NCBI GenBank assembly: GCA_001767955.1
Contig: MEMO01000021.1
Span: 8,344 to 72,343 of the forward strand
Direction of reading: 5' to 3'
Length of the DNA: 64,000 nt
Origin: Alphaproteobacteria bacterium RIFCSPLOWO2_01_FULL_40_26
Lineage (GTDB): Bacteria; Pseudomonadota; Alphaproteobacteria; Rickettsiales; UBA1997
The first letter of the stretch is position 1; each line of letters begins with the position of its first letter. Below, piece after piece: positions 55,598 through 64,000 of this stretch. The notes below the pieces were generated by a model. That model saw nothing but the letters and a program-made list of their open reading frames with translations. It ran no database searches and was not told the DNA's origin. The position numbers and the translations under genes were made by a program.

Positions 55598-56380
55598 ATG
55601 ACAAAAATTTTTATCCTCCTCGAAAAAATCGGCCATTTCACTCTCATCAATCTGGCCAAGCTTGGTGAAATGGTTTTGTTCACCGCAAATTCTGTCGTTC
55701 ATTGCTTTACCCCACCCTTTTATCCACGCCTGATTTTGCGCCAGTTTTTGCAAATTGGATATTTTTCATTGCCGGTTGTCGGCCTCACTGCCATCTTTTC
55801 CGGCGCAGTTCTCGCTTTGCAAAGCTATTCCGGATTTTCGCGCTTCAATGCTGAAAGCACCATCGCCACTGTCGTAGTTTTATCAATCACGCGTGAACTT
55901 GGCCCAGTGCTTGCCGGCCTTATGGTCGCAGGTCGCGTCGGCGCGGCAATGGCCGCTGAAATCGGCACTATGCGCGTTACTGAACAAATCGATGCTTTGC
56001 GCACTCTTTCAACCAACCCTTTCAAATATCTCATCGCACCACGCGTAATCGCTGGTGTTTTGATGTTACCGCTTTTGGTTGTGATTGCCGACATTATCGG
56101 CGTAATGGGCGGCTATTTGGTCAGCGTGCATTCACTTGGCTTTTCACCCGGCCCCTATATCAGCAACACTTTCAAATTTTTGGAAAGAATCGATGTCGTT
56201 TCCGGCCTTACAAAAGCAGGATTTTTTGGCTTCATCATTTCGGTCATGGGCTGTTATTTCGGCTATAATTCCAACCGCGGCGCCGAAGGTGTTGGAGCCG
56301 CTACAACCAACGCTGTCGTGGCCGCATCAATTGTTATTCTGTTGCTAAATTACATCATCACTGGCTGGTTCTTCGGATAG
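55598..56380 (+). CDS. mlaE: Phospholipid ABC transporter permease MlaE (no adjacent mlaF)
   Basis: 260 aa; RELGPVLAGLMVAGRVGAAMAAEIGTMRVTEQIDAL. Confidence 0.8.
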   Translation: MTKIFILLEKIGHFTLINLAKLGEMVLFTANSVVHCFTPPFYPRLILRQFLQIGYFSLPVVGLTAIFSGAVLALQSYSGFSRFNAESTIATVVVLSITRELGPVLAGLMVAGRVGAAMAAEIGTMRVTEQIDALRTLSTNPFKYLIAPRVIAGVLMLPLLVVIADIIGVMGGYLVSVHSLGFSPGPYISNTFKFLERIDVVSGLTKAGFFGFIISVMGCYFGYNSNRGAEGVGAATTNAVVAASIVILLLNYIITGWFFG

Positions 56381-57001
56381 TCATCTTAGAAACTGTTCAA
56401 AATCTTCCAAATTCAATCTGTGTCCCAGATCAAAAAACATTTCGTCATGAGTTGTCATGATCACCAACCCGTCTTCCTTGATGCGGGTTTTGATGAGTCC
56501 GTAAAGTTTTTCTTTTCCATCCTTATCGAGATTATTTGAGGGTTCATCCAAAAGCCAAATCGTCGCCGGACATGCCAGAAGCTTCGCCAACATCACGCGC
56601 TTTTGCCATCCGGCGGAAAGTTTTTTTATCTTTTCATCAGCAAAATTTTGCAGCTCAAAGAAATTAAGCGCGGAATCGAGAGCCATTTCAGTGTCGGATA
56701 ATTTGCTGTAAAAGCGCAGATTTTCAAATGCGGTGAGTTCCGGTTTTAAAAAATTTTTATGACCGATGAATTGTGTATCACCGTTAAAATCAGCGCGAAA
56801 ATTTTTTACATCTTCACCGCCCCACAAAATTCTTCCCGAAGTTGCATCAGAAATTCCGGCAATAATTTTAAGCAAACTGGTTTTACCACAACCATTTCGA
56901 CCCCTGATTATCAAGGCTGAATTGATGCTAACAGAAAAACCAAGAGCGCTGAAAATTTTCTTGTCATCTTTGAAAAGCGACAGATTATCAATTGTGAGCA
57001 C
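56381..57001 (-). CDS. ccmA: Cytochrome c biogenesis (heme exporter) ATPase CcmA
   Basis: ~206 aa; GRNGCGKTSLLKIIAG, LSAGWQKRVMLAKLL, WLLDEP. Confidence 0.75.
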   Translation of the reverse strand: MLTIDNLSLFKDDKKIFSALGFSVSINSALIIRGRNGCGKTSLLKIIAGISDATSGRILWGGEDVKNFRADFNGDTQFIGHKNFLKPELTAFENLRFYSKLSDTEMALDSALNFFELQNFADEKIKKLSAGWQKRVMLAKLLACPATIWLLDEPSNNLDKDGKEKLYGLIKTRIKEDGLVIMTTHDEMFFDLGHRLNLEDFEQFLR

Positions 57002-57019
57002 GTCTTTTTCTTTGAAATA

Positions 57020-57691
57020 ATGTTGAAATTTTACGAATATTCCGACGCAAAAAATCCCAAATATCTAGTCGTTTTTTTGCATGGCTATGGCGCCAATGGC
57101 GAGAATCTCATCAATCTTTCCTACGAATTCAAACATGTTTTGCCTGATGCACATTTCATTGCGCCAAATGCAATTGAACCATGGGAAGGCGGATTTCCAC
57201 ATTCATATCAATGGTTCTCGCTCTATGACGGAGTTGATCGCAAAGCGCTTTTAGAAATTTCCAACAACATCAAAAGCGCCAATCGGATTTTAAAAAAATT
57301 TATCGATGAACAGCTTTCGCGTTTCAAATTAACACCGCAAAATTTGTTGTTGGTCGGTTTTTCGCAAGGAGCGATGATGTCAGTCTATCAAGGCCTGATC
57401 ATGGCTGAAAAGCCGATCGGCATTATTTCATTTTCCGGAAAAATTATCCTGCCGGAAGTTCTTGGAGAAAAATCAATTTCCAAACCGGAAATTTGTTTAA
57501 TCCACGGCGAATCTGATTCGGTTCTACCTTTTGAAAATTTTCTCGAAGCCAAAAAAATCCTAGAATCACAAAAAATTTCCCACGAAGCCCATTCCTTCCC
57601 GCATCTTGATCACTCTATCGACATTCACGGGGTAAGAGTGGCGCAGAATTTTATCAAAAAACAAATCCGGGAAAATGAAAAGCTACAATAA
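57020..57691 (+). CDS. Phospholipase/carboxylesterase-family alpha/beta hydrolase
   Basis: VVFLHGYGANG, nucleophile elbow GFSQGAMM, late HG..D..; ~220 aa. Confidence 0.75.
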   Translation: MLKFYEYSDAKNPKYLVVFLHGYGANGENLINLSYEFKHVLPDAHFIAPNAIEPWEGGFPHSYQWFSLYDGVDRKALLEISNNIKSANRILKKFIDEQLSRFKLTPQNLLLVGFSQGAMMSVYQGLIMAEKPIGIISFSGKIILPEVLGEKSISKPEICLIHGESDSVLPFENFLEAKKILESQKISHEAHSFPHLDHSIDIHGVRVAQNFIKKQIRENEKLQ

Positions 57692-57807
57692 ATCACAATA
57701 ACAAAAAGGGAGCACCTCATAAGGACTAACCCCTACAATTCGCTCCCCCATCGTGATTTTTAAAAGGTAATCGGGGTTAACAAACTTGCAAGAAACGTAA
57801 TTTTAAA

Positions 57808-59076
57808 ATGAAACTCTCTCAATACTTCCTCCCAACTCTCAAAGAAAATCCGCTCGATGCTACCATTGTCTCGCATCAGTTGATGATCCGCGCTGGCATG
57901 ATACGCCAAACTGCTTCTGGAATTTATTCCTGGCTGCCTTTGGGGTTAAAAGTTTTGCGCAATGTCGAAAAAATCATCCGTCAAGAGATGGATAAATCCG
58001 GTGCGCTAGAAGTTTTAATGCCAACAATTCAGCCAGCAGAATTATGGCAGGAATCGGGACGCTATGACGCTTATGGCAAAGAAATGCTACGCATCAAAGA
58101 TCGCCACGAACGCAATATTCTCTATGGCCCAACGCATGAAGAAGTTATAACCGACATCTTCAGAAAAAACATAACTTCCTACAAAGATCTGCCAAAAAAC
58201 CTCTATCAAATCCACTGGAAATTTCGCGATGAAATTCGCCCGCGCTTTGGCATGATGCGCGGCCGCGAGTTTTTGATGAAAGATTCCTACTCGTTTGATT
58301 TGGACGAAGCGAACGCAAAAAAAACCTACAATCTGATGTATGAAACCTATTTCAAAATTTTCCGTCGCATGGGTTTAAAACCAATGGCAGTGCGTGCCGA
58401 TACAGGAGCAATCGGCGGAGATTTGTCGCATGAATTTCACATTTTAGCCAACAGCGGCGAAAGCGCGATTTACTACGATAAAAAATTTGAAGATGAAAAT
58501 TTAAGCATTTCTGAAATGCAGAAACTCTATGCCATGGCTGATGAAATGCATATTGAAGAAAAATGTCCGATTGCCAAAGAACAGCTCGCCTCAAAGCGCG
58601 GCATTGAAGTTGGTCATATTTTTAATTTCGGTTTAAAATATTCCAAAGCGATGGAGGCAAATGTGATGGGACAAAATGGTGAAAAAATTTATCCAAATAT
58701 GGGATCTTATGGCATCGGCGTTTCGCGTGTTGTTGCGGCGGCGATTGAAGCCAATCACGATGCAAATGGCATTATCTGGCCAAAAGAAATTGCACCATTT
58801 CAATTTGCTTTGATCAATGTGCGCCAAAGCGATGAGCTATGCGACAAAATTTGCGAAGAAATTTATCACAAAATTCCAGACATGATTTATGACGACACCA
58901 AAGCCAGTCTTGGGCAAAAATTTTCAATCGCCGACCTCATTGGAATTCCAACTCAAATTATCGTCGGACCCAAATCAGCAACGGCTGGAAAGGTTGAAGT
59001 AAAAAACAGAAAAACCGGTGAAAAAATCGAAACAGAAATTTCAGCGCTTCAAAACATTTTGAATTTTAACCGCTAA
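57808..59076 (+). CDS. proS: Prolyl-tRNA synthetase (short alphaproteobacterial type lacking the editing insertion)
   Basis: MKLSQYFLPTLKENP..SHQLMIRAGMIRQ; FRDEIRPRFGMMRGREFLMKDSYSF; GSYGIGVSR. Confidence 0.95.
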   Translation: MKLSQYFLPTLKENPLDATIVSHQLMIRAGMIRQTASGIYSWLPLGLKVLRNVEKIIRQEMDKSGALEVLMPTIQPAELWQESGRYDAYGKEMLRIKDRHERNILYGPTHEEVITDIFRKNITSYKDLPKNLYQIHWKFRDEIRPRFGMMRGREFLMKDSYSFDLDEANAKKTYNLMYETYFKIFRRMGLKPMAVRADTGAIGGDLSHEFHILANSGESAIYYDKKFEDENLSISEMQKLYAMADEMHIEEKCPIAKEQLASKRGIEVGHIFNFGLKYSKAMEANVMGQNGEKIYPNMGSYGIGVSRVVAAAIEANHDANGIIWPKEIAPFQFALINVRQSDELCDKICEEIYHKIPDMIYDDTKASLGQKFSIADLIGIPTQIIVGPKSATAGKVEVKNRKTGEKIETEISALQNILNFNR

Positions 59077-59298
59077 CACAATCGAAGACAAAGTCAGAGT
59101 AACAATGTTGGCAACAATGATGATACGGTTTGAAAGCAAAATACCGTAGAGCAGCCAAAACACCACTCCCGCAACAAACATCGAATACATAACCAGTGAA
59201 ATTCCAGAAGTATCGCGGGTTTTAATGGTTTTTATAGCTTGCGGCAAAAAACAAAAGGTTGTGAGAAAGGCGGCGATAATGCCGATGAGGTCGGTCAT
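59041..59298 (-). CDS. SemiSWEET / PQ-loop family small transporter
   Basis: 85 aa, 3 TM; FLPQAIKTIKTRDTSGISL. Confidence 0.7.
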   Translation of the reverse strand: MTDLIGIIAAFLTTFCFLPQAIKTIKTRDTSGISLVMYSMFVAGVVFWLLYGILLSNRIIIVANIVTLTLSSIVLAVKIQNVLKR

Positions 59299-59327
59299 AA
59301 TTTACTTTACTCTCCCTAGCTCATTTA

Positions 59328-59423
59328 CCCCTCACCCCAACCCTCTCCCACAAGGGGAGAGGGAGTTAGTCCGAATTCGGTGCAACTCCCTCTCACCTTG
59401 TGGGAGAGGGTTGGGGTGAGGGG
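59328..59423. repeat. 96-bp GC-rich palindromic element, family D copy D2
   Basis: Reverse-orientation match to 14860-14955 with TA flanks. Confidence 0.9.
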
Positions 59424-59475
59424 TAAATATTTTGTGAGGGGTAAATATTTTGTGAGGGGTAAATATTTTGTGAGG
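59418..59475. repeat. 18-bp tandem repeat x3.2 (GAGGGGTAAATATTTTGT) that starts within the end of D2
   Basis: Three exact units at 59418-59435, 59436-59453 and 59454-59471, plus a partial GAGG. Confidence 0.9.
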
Positions 59476-59490
59476 AAAGTGATTACAAAT

Positions 59491-59514
59491 TTTCTTAAGC
59501 GTTATTGGGGTTAA
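59491..59514. repeat. Solo right terminus of a family F element
   Basis: TTCTTAAGCGTTATTGGGGTTAA matches the F1/F2 inverted repeat; no left partner nearby. Confidence 0.7.
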
Positions 59515-59547
59515 TTTAGGATTTAAGATTTAGGATTTAGGATTTAG
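59513..59547. repeat. (GATTTAG)n 7-bp microsatellite (~5 units) abutting the left end of element B4
   Basis: AATTTAG GATTTAA GATTTAG GATTTAG GATTTAG. Confidence 0.8.
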
Positions 59548-59706
59548 AAACTGTTTATGATCTTTTTTAACCCCATATTTTACCCTGTTTTTGCTTATTT
59601 TTTGACAAAATTACTCACCGTATTTCCAGATACGCTTCATAATTTTGTCAAAAAAGCGCTAAAAACATGCTAAAATCTGGGGTTAAAAAAGATCATAAAC
59701 AGTTTC
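59547..59706. mobile_element. 160-bp palindromic MITE-like element, family B copy B4
   Basis: GAAACTGTTTATGATCTTTTTTAACCCC..GGGGTTAAAAAAGATCATAAACAGTTTC with TTA flanks. Confidence 0.9.
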
Positions 59707-59739
59707 TTAGATTTGCGCGTCCAGTAATCCACTTCAAAA

Positions 59740-61242
59740 ATGAAATTATCTCAAATTAAATTATCTTGCAGACCAGTTCTGCTTTGCGTTCTTGATGGCT
59801 TTGGCATTGGCAATGATGCTGATGAAAACAATGCTATTGCACGGGCAAAAATGCCAAATTATCAGCGGTTTTTATCACAATATCCACATTCGCAACTCGC
59901 AACTTCCGGACTTGACGTTGGCTTGCCGGAAGGCCAAATCGGCAATTCGGAAGTTGGCCATATGACGATTGGCGCGGGAAGAATTATTTTTCAGGATCTG
60001 CCGCGCATCAACAATGCAATTCGCGATGGCTCTTTGATTAAAAATTCAAAATTACAAAAAATAATTTCCGATTTGAAAACTTCCGGCAAGGCTTGTCATT
60101 TGATGGGGTTGCTTTCTGATGGCGGCGTTCATTCACACATTGATCACATAATTTTTCTCGCCGATTTATTTGCAAAAAACGGGGTAAAAGTTTTTTTGCA
60201 TTGCTTTCTTGACGGACGCGATGTCGCGCAAAAAAGCGCTTTGAAATATCTGGAAGCGGTGAAAAATTTTAAAATCGCAACTATCTGCGGACGCTACTAT
60301 GCCATGGATCGCGATAAAAAATGGGATCGCACCAAACTGGCAATTAATGCCATAATTTCCGCTCAAGGTGAAAAATTTTTTGATGCAATTTCAGCAGTCA
60401 AAAAATCTTACGAAAACAACATCACAGACGAATTCATAAAACCATGCACAATTGGTGATTATCGCGGCATTGAAGCAGGAGACGCTCTGCTCTTTTGCAA
60501 TTTCCGCGCTGATCGCGCACGCCAAATTTCAGAAAAACTTTTCGAAAATAAAAAATTTTCCAACGCTTTGGCGCTCACCAAATATTCAGAAAAGCTGGAT
60601 CAATCTTATGAAATCCTTTTTCCTGCATTTGAGATCAAAAATTCTCTGCCAGAAATTTTAGCCACAAATGGCCTTACGCAGCTTCGCATTGCTGAAACGG
60701 AAAAATATGCTCATGTCACTTTTTTCTTTTCCTGCGGCCGTGAGCAGGAATTTTCTGGCGAAACAAGAATTCTGGTAAAATCACCATCGGTTGCCACCTA
60801 TGATCTCAAGCCGGAAATGTCGGCACATGAAGTCGGAGATAAATTGCGCGAAGCAATCACGGAAGAGAAATTTGATTTTATCATCGTCAACTACGCCAAT
60901 CCCGACATGGTTGGACATAGTGGCCTGCTTGAGCCATCAATCAAAGCCTGCGAGACCATCGATTATGAACTTGGCGAGTTGGAAAAAATAATTTTGGAAA
61001 AAAACGGCATGATGATAATTTCAGCAGATCACGGCAATATTGAATGCATGCTTGATAAAAATCGCGAACCGCACACTTCGCACACTACAAATCCGGTTCC
61101 GTTCATTCTGATTGGTAAAAATATTCAAAACACAAAACTGCAAAATGGCCGCTTAAGCGATATCGCACCAACAATTTTGCATCTAATGAAGATTGAAAAA
61201 CCAAGTGAAATGGATGGAAAAAATTTGATACAAAATGCATAA
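59740..61242 (+). CDS. gpmI: 2,3-bisphosphoglycerate-independent phosphoglycerate mutase
   Basis: LCVLDGFGIG, GNSEVGHMTIGAGR, NYANPDMVGHSG, SADHGN. Confidence 0.95.
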   Translation: MKLSQIKLSCRPVLLCVLDGFGIGNDADENNAIARAKMPNYQRFLSQYPHSQLATSGLDVGLPEGQIGNSEVGHMTIGAGRIIFQDLPRINNAIRDGSLIKNSKLQKIISDLKTSGKACHLMGLLSDGGVHSHIDHIIFLADLFAKNGVKVFLHCFLDGRDVAQKSALKYLEAVKNFKIATICGRYYAMDRDKKWDRTKLAINAIISAQGEKFFDAISAVKKSYENNITDEFIKPCTIGDYRGIEAGDALLFCNFRADRARQISEKLFENKKFSNALALTKYSEKLDQSYEILFPAFEIKNSLPEILATNGLTQLRIAETEKYAHVTFFFSCGREQEFSGETRILVKSPSVATYDLKPEMSAHEVGDKLREAITEEKFDFIIVNYANPDMVGHSGLLEPSIKACETIDYELGELEKIILEKNGMMIISADHGNIECMLDKNREPHTSHTTNPVPFILIGKNIQNTKLQNGRLSDIAPTILHLMKIEKPSEMDGKNLIQNA

Positions 61243-61978
61243 AACTCATAAAACAAAGCACGAAAAAAAATCTCTCGGCTTCTTTCCAACCCTACTCATC
61301 GCTCTCGTCTGCGCTGGCTTTGTGCGTTCATTTTTTTTTGAACCATTTCACATTCCATCAAGCTCGATGAAACCAACATTGTTGATTGGCGATTATATTT
61401 TCGTTGCCAAATATTCTTACGGCTACAGCCGCTATTCCTTTCCTTTTGGTTCAAATTTTAATTTTTTCGAAGGGAGATTTTGGCAAAAAAATCAGCCACA
61501 GCGCGGTGATGTTGCAGTTTTTCGTTTGCCAACTGATCCAAGCATCAACTACATCAAACGCATAATCGGATTGCCGGGAGACCAAATTCAAATGCAAAAT
61601 GGCAAACTTTATATCAACGATGAAGAGATTGAAAAAATTTCCGACGGAATTTTTTTTGATGAAGATAATAAAACAGAAATCAGAAAATTTCTTGAAACTC
61701 TGTCTGACAAAAAAACTATTCACACACTTGATCAAACAATCACTCCTCAGGACAACACCGGAATTTATCAGGTTCCGCGCGGGCATTATTTCATGATGGG
61801 AGACAACCGCGATAATTCACAAGATAGCCGTTTTCTAAATCATGTCGGATATGTTCCGGAACAAAACCTGATTGGTCGCGCCACCATAATTTTCTTTTCC
61901 AATTCCAAACCGACATGGCAATTTTGGTATTGGCCAACTTCAATTCGTTTCACAAGAATTCTTAACAAAATCAACTGA
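61235..61978 (+). CDS. lepB: Signal peptidase I
   Basis: IPSSSMKPTL, YIKRIIGLPGD, GDNRDNSQDSR. Confidence 0.95.
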   Translation: MHKTHKTKHEKKSLGFFPTLLIALVCAGFVRSFFFEPFHIPSSSMKPTLLIGDYIFVAKYSYGYSRYSFPFGSNFNFFEGRFWQKNQPQRGDVAVFRLPTDPSINYIKRIIGLPGDQIQMQNGKLYINDEEIEKISDGIFFDEDNKTEIRKFLETLSDKKTIHTLDQTITPQDNTGIYQVPRGHYFMMGDNRDNSQDSRFLNHVGYVPEQNLIGRATIIFFSNSKPTWQFWYWPTSIRFTRILNKIN

Positions 61979-62661
61979 TGAACTCTGATTTCAAAAATTT
62001 CTGCAAAAAAATTTCCTACGAATTCAATAATGAAAAACTGCTGGAAGAGGCGCTGACACATCCGAGCCTTTCCAAAGAAAATAAATCGCGACCAAATTAT
62101 CAGCGTCTGGAATTTTTAGGCGATAAAGTTCTTGGTTTGGTAATTGGCGAATTTCTGATGAAAAAATATCCACATGAGATGGAAGGCCCACTATCAAGAC
62201 GTCAAGCCGCTTTGGTTTCTGGCGAAGCTTTGGCAGAAATTGCTTTGATTATCGGGCTGGAGGAAGTTTTACAAATCAGTAATGGTGAAAGAAAGCTTGG
62301 CGGAAAAACCAATAAAAGAAATCTGGAAAATGCCCTCGAAGCCTTGATTGGCGCAATTTATCTTGATTCAAATTTTGACGAGGCAAAAAATTTTATCCTG
62401 AAATTCTGGCGCAGTTTTCTTGAAAAAAATATTGAACCACCAAAAGATCCGGTTTCACAATTGCAGGAATTGGCACAATTCAAAACCAAAAAACTGCCGG
62501 AATATCACACTATTCAGGATGGCGGTTTTGATCATTCTCCAACTTTTACCTCAACAGTTAAAATTTCCGCTCTAGGGTTGGAATTTTCTGCGCACGGCAA
62601 ATCAAAAAAAGAAGCCCAAAAAGAAGCCGCCAAAATTGCTCTTAATCATCTTTTGAAATAA
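61978..62661 (+). CDS. rnc: Ribonuclease III
   Basis: NYQRLEFLGDKVLGLVI, NLENALEALIGAIYLD; C-terminal dsRBD KSKKEAQKEAAKIAL. Confidence 0.95.
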   Translation: MNSDFKNFCKKISYEFNNEKLLEEALTHPSLSKENKSRPNYQRLEFLGDKVLGLVIGEFLMKKYPHEMEGPLSRRQAALVSGEALAEIALIIGLEEVLQISNGERKLGGKTNKRNLENALEALIGAIYLDSNFDEAKNFILKFWRSFLEKNIEPPKDPVSQLQELAQFKTKKLPEYHTIQDGGFDHSPTFTSTVKISALGLEFSAHGKSKKEAQKEAAKIALNHLLK

Positions 62662-62667
62662 AAACAT

Positions 62668-63708
62668 ATGTCACGAAGAATTATACCAGCACCATTAAGC
62701 ACTAAAGCAATATCAGGAGCTATATGCGATATGGCAACGGGCGGAAATTTTGATGGTATTAAATCCTTTCTTGAAGAACGTGAAATAAACGATGGATCAA
62801 TTAATATCGCGGAATGTGAGGATGATTTTGTTGTTAGTCTGTCTAGTATTGGATCACAATATGCAATAAACAAAAGCGTAAAAGACATTTTTAACCTGCT
62901 GTTTAAGAAAATTAATATTGCAACCATGGGCGATAAATGTAGGGGGCACCTTATGTGTTGCCTTGCAAATCATAGAGCTCTTGCGCCTTTTATTACATTG
63001 CTTGATGCCGGTTTTGATCCGAATTTAAAATCAGACGCAAAAAATTCTTTTACAACTTTAGCTGAACAATCATTTGATCGCCCGGATAGGCTACTTTCCA
63101 CGCTTAATGCATTCGACAGAGAAAGATACGAAATGGAAAAAGAAATGATCACAAAAATCATCGCCACCGAAAGACTGCGCGGATTGACAGATCATGATCT
63201 CTGCCAATTTGTCATATTTGCTATTAACAATCGCAAAGATGATGGTCATACCTTTATCTCCATCCGTGAATTAGCAACAAACCTTAGGGAAGAACATGGC
63301 GAATTCACAATTCCCAAATCATTTTATCATGTCTTTGGAAATAGAGAAAGAATGGATGAAATTTTAGATTTCTACCGCGAAGAACCGGAAACCAAAGAAA
63401 GAATCCGAACCGCGCTTACTGCGCAATATCGCACCTATATGGAAAGAGGCGCGGCGGCGGCAGATGTGCCGCCATCTTCAGAAAGAGACGGTGCAGGAGC
63501 TGAAACGTTAACCACCACGAAAATTGCGTCTTCTTTAGGAACAGAAACGAAAGAGGTTAGCGATGACACTGTTTCACCAACTGGACTTGCTTTTACAGAA
63601 GAAGCGAGAAGCAAAGAAGATAGAGATCCGGGTATAACTCCGAATATAGGCTGCATACAGAAATTCTGTAAAATGATTGGCTTGGGGAGAGGTCGGAGAA
63701 ATCATTAA
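62668..63708 (+). CDS. Hypothetical protein with ankyrin-repeat-like segments and a GC-rich acidic disordered tail ending in a basic patch
   Basis: AICDMATGGNFDGIKSFLEE and GHLMCCLANHRALAPFITLLDAGFDPNLKSD resemble the ANK consensus; tail ..GAAAADVPPSSERDGAGAE..GLGRGRRNH. Confidence 0.4.
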   Translation: MSRRIIPAPLSTKAISGAICDMATGGNFDGIKSFLEEREINDGSINIAECEDDFVVSLSSIGSQYAINKSVKDIFNLLFKKINIATMGDKCRGHLMCCLANHRALAPFITLLDAGFDPNLKSDAKNSFTTLAEQSFDRPDRLLSTLNAFDRERYEMEKEMITKIIATERLRGLTDHDLCQFVIFAINNRKDDGHTFISIRELATNLREEHGEFTIPKSFYHVFGNRERMDEILDFYREEPETKERIRTALTAQYRTYMERGAAAADVPPSSERDGAGAETLTTTKIASSLGTETKEVSDDTVSPTGLAFTEEARSKEDRDPGITPNIGCIQKFCKMIGLGRGRRNH

Positions 63709-63710
63709 CT

Positions 63711-63924
63711 AACCCCAGTCGCGCTTAAGGACTTACAACTCGAATCTCATAGACTCTAGCTAAAACAACAAATCTTATCATATTATTACCTCGCACTTGC
63801 CACATGTCACCCCGCACTTGTTGCGGGGTCCATTTCATCACTAACAAAGAAACCCAGTCTTTGACGAGACAGACCCCGCAACAAGTGCGGGGTGACACAT
63901 GTGGGAAAAAGCGCGACTGGGCTT
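63711..63924. mobile_element. Family F-like element (F3, diverged and asymmetric) with a central family E double hairpin
   Basis: AACCCCAGTCGCGCTT..AAGCGCGACTGGGCTT termini; centre TGTCACCCCGCACTTGTTGCGGGGTCC..AGACCCCGCAACAAGTGCGGGGTGACA, as in F2. Confidence 0.75.
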
Positions 63925-64000
63925 GGTATATACCCAATCCTCACTGCATTTCATATTTTTTTACCGCCGATAAAATCGCCTCGTAAGTTCTATCAATATT

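Noticed and set aside
57692-57807. A structured proS upstream region (AAATCAC..GTGATTT and GGGAGC..GCTCCC stems, TAACCCC/GGGGTTA pair) as a possible ncRNA or riboswitch
   Set aside because: I recognise no known RNA family. The stems are short and it may be a decayed family F fragment. I cannot support it without covariation or expression data.
59418-59475. Tandem direct repeats that might be a small CRISPR array
   Set aside because: The 18-bp units are directly adjacent with no spacers. There are only about 3 copies, the first unit starts with the last 6 nt of the neighbouring palindromic element, and no cas genes are present.

Overview
This is a 64-kb chromosomal segment from an AT-rich alphaproteobacterium (roughly 35-40% GC by eye, not computed). 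It looks like an obligate-intracellular lineage (Rickettsiales/Holosporales-like); I infer this from thyX, a short alpha-type ProRS, a fragmented nuo operon and scattered operon partners. It holds about 60 protein genes, nearly all housekeeping: proB, rho, tatA, thyX, uvrC, nuoHIJK, pgpA, dapE, serS, rpsT, secF, glmU, ilvC, ilvD, hisG, radC, cutA, rne, recJ, dprA, pheS, crcB, metK, gltX, apaG, tsaB, pgi, dsbB, mlaE, ccmA, proS, gpmI, lepB, rnc. It also holds one tRNA-Cys(GCA), a yefM-yoeB toxin-antitoxin pair, a beta-carbonic-anhydrase/SulP pair and a TonB-dependent uptake cluster. I found no rRNA, CRISPR, prophage, transposase, integrase or recognisable defence island. Three things stand out. 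(i) There is a dense population of palindromic MITE-like repeats: about 25 copies in at least eight families, roughly 3 kb or ~5% of the window by my tally. Nine copies from three families are all exactly 160 bp, run G...C and sit between TA/TTA flanks, and their arms co-vary. Several copies are translated in frame inside genes (proB, yoeB, tsaB, rluC, uvrC, secreted proteins). One cleanly splits uvrC. Many supply start or stop codons to neighbouring genes. This resembles Rickettsia palindromic elements (RPEs) but the sequences look unrelated to me. (ii) There is an orphan 1159-aa VirB6/TrbL-like membrane protein with a Cys-rich N-terminal domain and a disordered GC-rich tail. (iii) An ankyrin-like accessory ORF sits where era normally follows rnc. 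All functional names come from motif recognition by eye; no database search or computation was possible.
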